Source: Acholeplasma laidlawii PG-8A (GTDB lineage: Bacteria > Bacillota_I > Bacilli_A > Acholeplasmatales > Acholeplasmataceae). From it: 32,000 nucleotides of DNA. Where the stretch lies: the NCBI RefSeq assembly GCF_000018785.1, contig NC_010163.1:300001-332000 (forward strand), read 5' to 3'. A model generated the notes under the pieces. It saw only the letters and a program-made list of their open reading frames with translations, made no database searches and was not told where the DNA came from. Positions 26,574 to 32,000 of the stretch are shown here, in pieces; position 1 is the stretch's first letter; each line of letters begins with the position of its first letter. A program made the translations under genes and the position numbers.

Positions 26574-27650
26574 ATGATCAGTAAAGCATTTTTCCAAAAT
26601 ATTGAAGAAGTCGCTGAAGATAACGACTTAAATAAAGAACAAGTATTCCATGCTTTTGAGCAAGGATTAATTGCTGCATGTAAAAAGCAATTAGGTGTAC
26701 AAACATGCCGTGTAGAATTTAAAGAAGAAAAACATGAATTATTAATCTATGGTCAATATTATGTATTACCTGAAGGTGAACTTAATTTAGAACTAGATAA
26801 AAAGTATACTTTCTTAAAATTAGAAGATGCTAAAGCATTAAAGAAATCAGCTAAAGCTGGCGAGATTTTAGAAGTAAAAATTGAACCAAGTGAATTTAGC
26901 TATAATGCAAGCCGTGATTTAAAACATAGATTCAATGAAGTTTTAAATCAAATTAAGAAAGAAAACATCTATCAAGGATTAAAAGATCTTCAATATGAAA
27001 TGGTAACAGCTAGAGTCTTAGAAGAAGAAAAAGACTTCTACCGTATTGAAATCAACAAGGATGTTATTACAATGCTACCTAAAAAGGAAGCATTACCTAC
27101 AGATAAATTCCATGTAGGGGATCGTATTAAAGTTTATGTTACGGATGTAGAAATGAAGACGAAAGGTCCTAAAATTTATGTTTCTCGTACACATGTTGCT
27201 TTAGTCACTCGTCTACTTGAAGAATATGTACCAGAAATCAAAGATGGTACGATTGAAGTTTTAGGTATCGCACGTGATCCAGGTGATCGTTCTAAAGTAG
27301 GTTTAAAATCTAATAATGAGAACGTTGACGTTATCGGAGCTACAGTTGGTGAAGGTGGCGTACGTATTAAAGAAATCTCTAAATTCCTATCTGGAGAAAA
27401 AATTGATTTATTCAGATGGAGTGATAATGAACAAGAACTCATTGGTAACTCTTTACAACCGGCACCGGTTGTAGCAGTTACGAGAGTAAATCCTAAAGAA
27501 AAGAGTGCATTAGCAATTGTGCCTGATGCTCAATTATCTTTAGCAATTGGTAAACTTGGTCAAAATGTTAAGTTAGCAGTTCAAGCAAGTGGTTGGTCTA
27601 TTGATATTAAATCTGAGACTACAGCAGCTGAAGAAGGCATTATTTACTAA
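26574..27650 (+). CDS. nusA: Transcription termination/antitermination factor NusA
   Basis: SPGDRSKVGL-like DPGDRSKVGLKSNNENVDVIGATVGEGGVRIKEISKFLSGEKIDLFRW, S1/KH architecture. Lacks the acidic C-terminal repeats, as in Gram-positives. Confidence 0.95.
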   Translation: MISKAFFQNIEEVAEDNDLNKEQVFHAFEQGLIAACKKQLGVQTCRVEFKEEKHELLIYGQYYVLPEGELNLELDKKYTFLKLEDAKALKKSAKAGEILEVKIEPSEFSYNASRDLKHRFNEVLNQIKKENIYQGLKDLQYEMVTARVLEEEKDFYRIEINKDVITMLPKKEALPTDKFHVGDRIKVYVTDVEMKTKGPKIYVSRTHVALVTRLLEEYVPEIKDGTIEVLGIARDPGDRSKVGLKSNNENVDVIGATVGEGGVRIKEISKFLSGEKIDLFRWSDNEQELIGNSLQPAPVVAVTRVNPKEKSALAIVPDAQLSLAIGKLGQNVKLAVQASGWSIDIKSETTAAEEGIIY

Positions 27651-27661
27651 GAGGGTTTAAA

Positions 27662-27922
27662 ATGAAAACAGTTAAAAAGATTCCAATGCGTACATGTGTC
27701 GTTACAAAGACTGTTCATCCTAAAAAAGATTTGGTACGCATTGTAGCAAATAAAGAAGGACTTGTCTTTGTTGATACTAAGGGCAAAGCTAATGGTCGTG
27801 GTGCATATATTCATTTAAGTGTAGAAAATATTGAACTTGCTAAAAAGAGTAAAGCGCTCGACAGAAAATTAGAAGTTACAATTCCTGATAGCGTTTATGA
27901 AGACTTGGCTAAACTATTATGA
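27662..27922 (+). CDS. ylxR: RNase P modulator RnpM / YlxR family
   Basis: KIPMRTCVVTKTVHPKKDLVRIV, GRGAYIHLS, between nusA and infB. Confidence 0.92.
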   Translation: MKTVKKIPMRTCVVTKTVHPKKDLVRIVANKEGLVFVDTKGKANGRGAYIHLSVENIELAKKSKALDRKLEVTIPDSVYEDLAKLL

Positions 27923-28197
27923 ATAAAGGTGCTTTAGGACTTGCATATGCTGCAAGAAAAGTGGTTATCGGTCAAGAAGAAGTTGTTAAGGCACTTCAAA
28001 AGAAACAACTACATTTAGTATTACTTGCAACCGATGCAAGTGATAATACAACTAAAAAGATAAAAGACAAAACAAATACTTATCAAATTCAATTAATACA
28101 TACACATACCTCACTAGATATTTCTAGTGCCATAGGTAAGAAAAATATTAAAGTCATAGGAATAAAGGATAAAGGGTTTAGTATGATGCTTAAATAG
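27919..28197 (+). CDS. ylxQ: L7Ae-family ribosomal-like protein YlxQ
   Basis: GALGLAYAARKVVIGQEEVVKALQKKQLHLVLLATDASDNTTKKI; conserved operon position. Confidence 0.85.
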   Translation: MNKGALGLAYAARKVVIGQEEVVKALQKKQLHLVLLATDASDNTTKKIKDKTNTYQIQLIHTHTSLDISSAIGKKNIKVIGIKDKGFSMMLK

Positions 28198-28212
28198 AAA
28201 GGTTGATGCAAT

Positions 28213-30075
28213 ATGGCAAAACAAAGAAGTAATAATAAAAATAACAATAACACTAAGAGACCAAGTAAAAATAATTTTGGAAAGTCTACTTATTCAAACA
28301 CTCAAAAACCAGCACCTAAAAAAGTGATAACAGAGTTAATTTTCAAACCTGAAATGACGGTTTCAGATGTGGCAGAAGCACTTGACATCTCAAACGCAGT
28401 TTTAATTAAAAAACTAATGGGTTTAGGGATGATGACTTCTGTAAACCAAGTTTTAGAACGTGATGTTGTAGAACTTATAGCTATGGATATGGGTATTGAA
28501 GTTAAAGATGAAGTAATCACAGATTTAACAAGATATGATGAAATGGAAATTATTGACGATCCAAAAGATCTTGTTAAAAGAAGTCCAATTATTACGATTA
28601 TGGGTCACGTAGACCATGGTAAAACAACACTTTTAGATTCTATTAGAAAATCTAGAGTGGTCACAGGAGAAGCTGGTGGAATCACACAACACATCGGTGC
28701 TTATCAAGTTGAACATGGTGGTGAAAAAATTACATTTATCGATACCCCAGGTCACGCGGCATTTACTGAAATGCGTGCACGTGGAGCTAAAGTAACTGAT
28801 ATTGTTGTTTTAGTTGTGGCTGCAGATGATGGTGTTAAACCACAAACAATTGAAGCGTTACAACATGCCAAGGCATCAGGCGTTCCTATTATCGTAGCAA
28901 TCAATAAAATTGATAAACCAACAGCAAATCCAGATAACGTTATGAGTGCTTTATCAGCACATGATTTAACGCCTGAAGCATGGGGTGGTACAACACCATA
29001 TGTTGAAGTATCTGCATTAAAACGTTTAGGTATTGATAATTTATTAGATATTATTTTAGTATTAGCAGAAGTTGAAGACTTAAAAGCAAATCCAAAACGT
29101 GATGCAATGGGTACTGTTATTGAAGCTTACCTAGACAAAGGTAGAGGTCCGGTTGCAACAGTTATTGTTGAAAATGGTACTTTACGTATTGGTGATATCA
29201 TCGTTATTGGTAATACATTCGGTCGTATACGTACAATGAATGATGATCTTAAAAAACGTTATGATGAAGCACTTCCAGGTACACCGGTTGAAATTACAGG
29301 TTTAGACCAAGTACCTCAAGCTGGTGATATTTTCATGGTATTTAAAGATGAAAGAGTAGCACGCCAAACAGCGGAAGCACGTTCTTCAAAACTAAAAGAA
29401 ACATATATTAAACAACAAAAAGCGAGTTCACTTGAATCCATGTTTGGTGCACAAGATGATGGCGAAAAAGTATTAAACTTAGTACTTAAATGTGACGTTC
29501 AAGGTAGTATTGAAGCATTAAAAGGTATGCTCGATAAAATTGATGTTGATGGCTTCAAAGCCAACATCGTGCGTAGTGGTGTGGGTGGAATTTCTGAAAC
29601 AGATGTTCAACTAGCATCTGCATCTGGTGCAGTCGTTATTGGTTTTAACGTTCGTCCTACAGCTGCAGTAAAATCTCTAGCAGAATCTATGAATGTTGAA
29701 ATCAGATTATATAATGTCGTATATCGTATTACTGAAGACATCGAAAAAGCTCTAAAAGGTATGTTAGAACCAGTCTTTGAAGATGTTGTAACTGGTACCG
29801 CAGAAGTACGTCAATTATTTAAAATTTCTAAAATTGGAACAATCGCAGGTAGCTATGTTACAAACGGTGTCATCCATAGAGATTCTAAAGTTACAGTCAT
29901 TAGAGAAGGTGTTGTTATCTATAACGGAGTACTATCTAGTTTAAAACGTGGTAAAGATGATGTTAAAGAAGTACGTCAAGGATTTGAATTCGGCTTTAGC
30001 GTTGAAAACTACAACGATTTAAAAGAAGGTGACGTGATTGAAGCGTCTATTGAAAGAGAAGTGGAGGTAAATTAA
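28213..30075 (+). CDS. infB: Translation initiation factor IF-2
   Basis: RSPIITIMGHVDHGKTTLLDSIR, TFIDTPGHAAFTEMRARGA, NKIDKP, full domain set. Confidence 0.98.
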   Translation: MAKQRSNNKNNNNTKRPSKNNFGKSTYSNTQKPAPKKVITELIFKPEMTVSDVAEALDISNAVLIKKLMGLGMMTSVNQVLERDVVELIAMDMGIEVKDEVITDLTRYDEMEIIDDPKDLVKRSPIITIMGHVDHGKTTLLDSIRKSRVVTGEAGGITQHIGAYQVEHGGEKITFIDTPGHAAFTEMRARGAKVTDIVVLVVAADDGVKPQTIEALQHAKASGVPIIVAINKIDKPTANPDNVMSALSAHDLTPEAWGGTTPYVEVSALKRLGIDNLLDIILVLAEVEDLKANPKRDAMGTVIEAYLDKGRGPVATVIVENGTLRIGDIIVIGNTFGRIRTMNDDLKKRYDEALPGTPVEITGLDQVPQAGDIFMVFKDERVARQTAEARSSKLKETYIKQQKASSLESMFGAQDDGEKVLNLVLKCDVQGSIEALKGMLDKIDVDGFKANIVRSGVGGISETDVQLASASGAVVIGFNVRPTAAVKSLAESMNVEIRLYNVVYRITEDIEKALKGMLEPVFEDVVTGTAEVRQLFKISKIGTIAGSYVTNGVIHRDSKVTVIREGVVIYNGVLSSLKRGKDDVKEVRQGFEFGFSVENYNDLKEGDVIEASIEREVEVN

Positions 30076-30077
30076 TT

Positions 30078-30425
30078 ATGAGTATTAATGTCGATCGTTT
30101 AGCTTCAAGAATCTTTAGAGAATTAGTTCATATCGTAAATGATGTGATTAAAAACACTCAAATTGGTTATATTACACTTACAGAAACTAAAGTCACTAAA
30201 GATAAAAGTTACTGTTATGTTTACTACACCATCATTGATGATAGTGTAGAAGCCAAAAAGAAAGTTCAAGATCTTTTAGATGCAGGTAAAAAAGAAATTC
30301 GTATGAAGTTAGCATCTAAAGTTAACGACATTCGAAAAATTCCTGATTTAGTCTTTAAATATGATGAAGCATTAGCTTATGGTAATCATATTGATAAATT
30401 ACTTTCGGATATCAATAAAAATTAA
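30078..30425 (+). CDS. rbfA: Ribosome-binding factor A
   Basis: SINVDRLASRIFRELVHIVNDVIKN...GYITLTETKVTKDKSYCYVYYTI...IPDLVFKYDEALAYGNHIDKLL. Confidence 0.95.
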   Translation: MSINVDRLASRIFRELVHIVNDVIKNTQIGYITLTETKVTKDKSYCYVYYTIIDDSVEAKKKVQDLLDAGKKEIRMKLASKVNDIRKIPDLVFKYDEALAYGNHIDKLLSDINKN

Positions 30426-30430
30426 TAATG

Positions 30431-30468
30431 AAAAATGCGAGTACTTAAATTAAAGTACTCGCATTTTT
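30431..30468 (+). terminator. Bidirectional terminator between rbfA and the convergent gene
   Basis: aaaaatgcgagtactt-aaatta-aagtactcgcattttt perfect 16-bp inverted repeat. Confidence 0.9.
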
Positions 30469-30469
30469 A

Positions 30470-32000
30470 TTATAGGACAGGATGATTTAATGTATAAGTT
30501 TCTGTAACCACTTTAGTCTCACCATCAAATAATACGATACCACTCGATGAGAATGTATAAAAGATATTATTGATGTAGATACCTCTATCAATTTGATTGG
30601 TATACTCGGTACTAGCGTGTGTGATGATATAAGGGTTTTGAATAATTGGTGATGTATTAAAATCTATATAAAATAGATAATATTGACTAGAGTATTCATA
30701 ATAACCAAGGTCTTCATTAAATTCGCCAGTGTTTGCAGCAAACCCGATAAAACCGTGATCTGGTGAAACAAGAATAGCTTTATGGTTACTTAATGCTTCA
30801 CTATAACTCCATCCGACATTTTCATCTGGATTGCTTAAAAGATAAGTTTCTAAAGGTGCGGTGGTATTCGTTGTATTGTATGCTGATATCTTCACATTAA
30901 AGGTTTCATCATAACCAATACCTATGAGATGTGTTTCATCCCAAACATGTAAGTAAGTATTATATCCTGGTTCTTCAATCTCATTTAAAATCTTAATGTC
31001 TTTTGGATTACTAATATCTATGGTGTATAAAGGATCTATTTGTCTATAGGTTACAACATAGGCTAAATATTTATCAAAACGCACGGATGTTACACGCTCT
31101 TCTGGTTTACCAATACCTTCATCTAATAATCCGTAGTGTTCAAGTGTATCCTGTGTTTCATGTTCTTTTAATACATATAATCTATTTTTATCTGTTTGAC
31201 CCCATGAACGTGTTGTAACTACACGAAGTAATCCTTCATATTCATCTAGCCAAAATTGGTTTTCTATATAACCTTCTAATATAGTAGAACCACTATAGTT
31301 TACTTTGTGTGTATCACTATCAATTGAAAATTTAGTAATATGTGTGCCTGTTACCACAGTATTTAGTGTTGGGTAATATGTAAACATACCAGCGATGTAA
31401 AGACTTGTTTTAGTCATATAGATGTGGCCGTATACACCAACAACGGTTGTATGATCTAAAGTGAGTGTATCTAGATTTAAGGATGAAATGGTTGTCATAT
31501 TATATGCAGGAATTGCATCAAAGATTAAAATGTCTTCATACCCTACATAAGAGGTGTGAGTTTCTCCGTCCTTGTTTATAGTAAATTGTGGTCTAAGTTC
31601 ATCTTTTGAGATTCTGTTATAAGAAACCATATAAAGAGTGTCATCAATGATGCGGTGTGCTTGAATATCACCAATGGTCTTAAGTTCATAATCTAAAGAT
31701 AAATCTGTTCGATCATAAATACGCACAATGGAACTATATCTATACCCATAAAAATAACTGCTAGGTAAAATCAGTGCTGCATCATTAAATGCATAATATG
31801 TATCAAGGTTTTCTTCAAAATAACCTATAACAACAAGACTATCTGTAGTTAAATAAAATTCAGTAATGTAGACATCTAATAAATCAAGACCTTGTTTTTT
31901 AGTCAGACTACCATCTGGATTCACTTCATAACGGTAGAGTCTATTACTTTGATATCTTGGTGTATAAAAAATCTCATAACCATCTGTTTTAATAATGTCT
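30470..32000 (-). CDS. Beta-propeller-domain protein, 5' end beyond the window
   Basis: The frame stays open upstream of the track start at 31924 to the window edge (DIIKTDGYEIFYTPRYQSNRLYRYEVNPDGSLT...). Repeated TVVGVYGHIYMTKTSLYIAG, VTSVRFDKYLAYVVTYRQIDPLYTIDISNP, HVWDETHLIGIGYD resemble the secreted beta-propeller (PF09826-type) family. Confidence 0.7.
   Translation of the reverse strand, partial: DIIKTDGYEIFYTPRYQSNRLYRYEVNPDGSLTKKQGLDLLDVYITEFYLTTDSLVVIGYFEENLDTYYAFNDAALILPSSYFYGYRYSSIVRIYDRTDLSLDYELKTIGDIQAHRIIDDTLYMVSYNRISKDELRPQFTINKDGETHTSYVGYEDILIFDAIPAYNMTTISSLNLDTLTLDHTTVVGVYGHIYMTKTSLYIAGMFTYYPTLNTVVTGTHITKFSIDSDTHKVNYSGSTILEGYIENQFWLDEYEGLLRVVTTRSWGQTDKNRLYVLKEHETQDTLEHYGLLDEGIGKPEERVTSVRFDKYLAYVVTYRQIDPLYTIDISNPKDIKILNEIEEPGYNTYLHVWDETHLIGIGYDETFNVKISAYNTTNTTAPLETYLLSNPDENVGWSYSEALSNHKAILVSPDHGFIGFAANTGEFNEDLGYYEYSSQYYLFYIDFNTSPIIQNPYIITHASTEYTNQIDRGIYINNIFYTFSSSGIVLFDGETKVVTETYTLNHPVL

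Noticed and set aside
1-32000. Intact prophage, conjugative element, toxin-antitoxin pair or defence island
   Set aside because: No integrase, phage structural, restriction-modification or other defence gene sets were recognised. The Fic locus has no clear FicA/antitoxin partner gene next to it.

Overview
This AT-rich 32 kb chromosomal window has a Mollicutes-like, low-GC Firmicutes character. TGA behaves as a stop codon and gene content resembles Acholeplasma; the organism assignment is inference. Most of it is compact housekeeping sequence: sirtuin, M50 protease, methyltransferase, cold-shock protein, cvfB-proS, yidD, an EF-G paralog, hpf, sodA, rqcH, gmk-rpoZ, uvrC, RNase J, HAD hydrolase, aldose epimerase, M19 dipeptidase, class I GATase-like hydrolase, coaD, the rimP-nusA-ylxR-ylxQ-infB-rbfA operon, and a partial beta-propeller-like protein. 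There are two minus-strand tRNAs, Gly(GCC) and Thr(GGT). I found no convincing new defence or mobile system. The signals most worth a second look are: (1) a probable stand-alone structured ncRNA of about 200 nt (minus strand, about 11335-11542) with a near-consensus promoter, a perfect 10-bp end-closing helix and an intrinsic terminator, which may be a divergent 6S-like RNA; (2) a Fic gene broken by a frameshift whose catalytic His is Tyr; (3) a sirtuin without the four structural zinc cysteines; (4) a ComFC-like zinc-finger stub in the comFC position before hpf; (5) two otherwise unexplained intergenic regions (23.4-24.2 kb and 24.9-25.4 kb) holding decayed gene fragments; (6) a promoter-proximal terminator-like hairpin ahead of rimP-nusA-infB.
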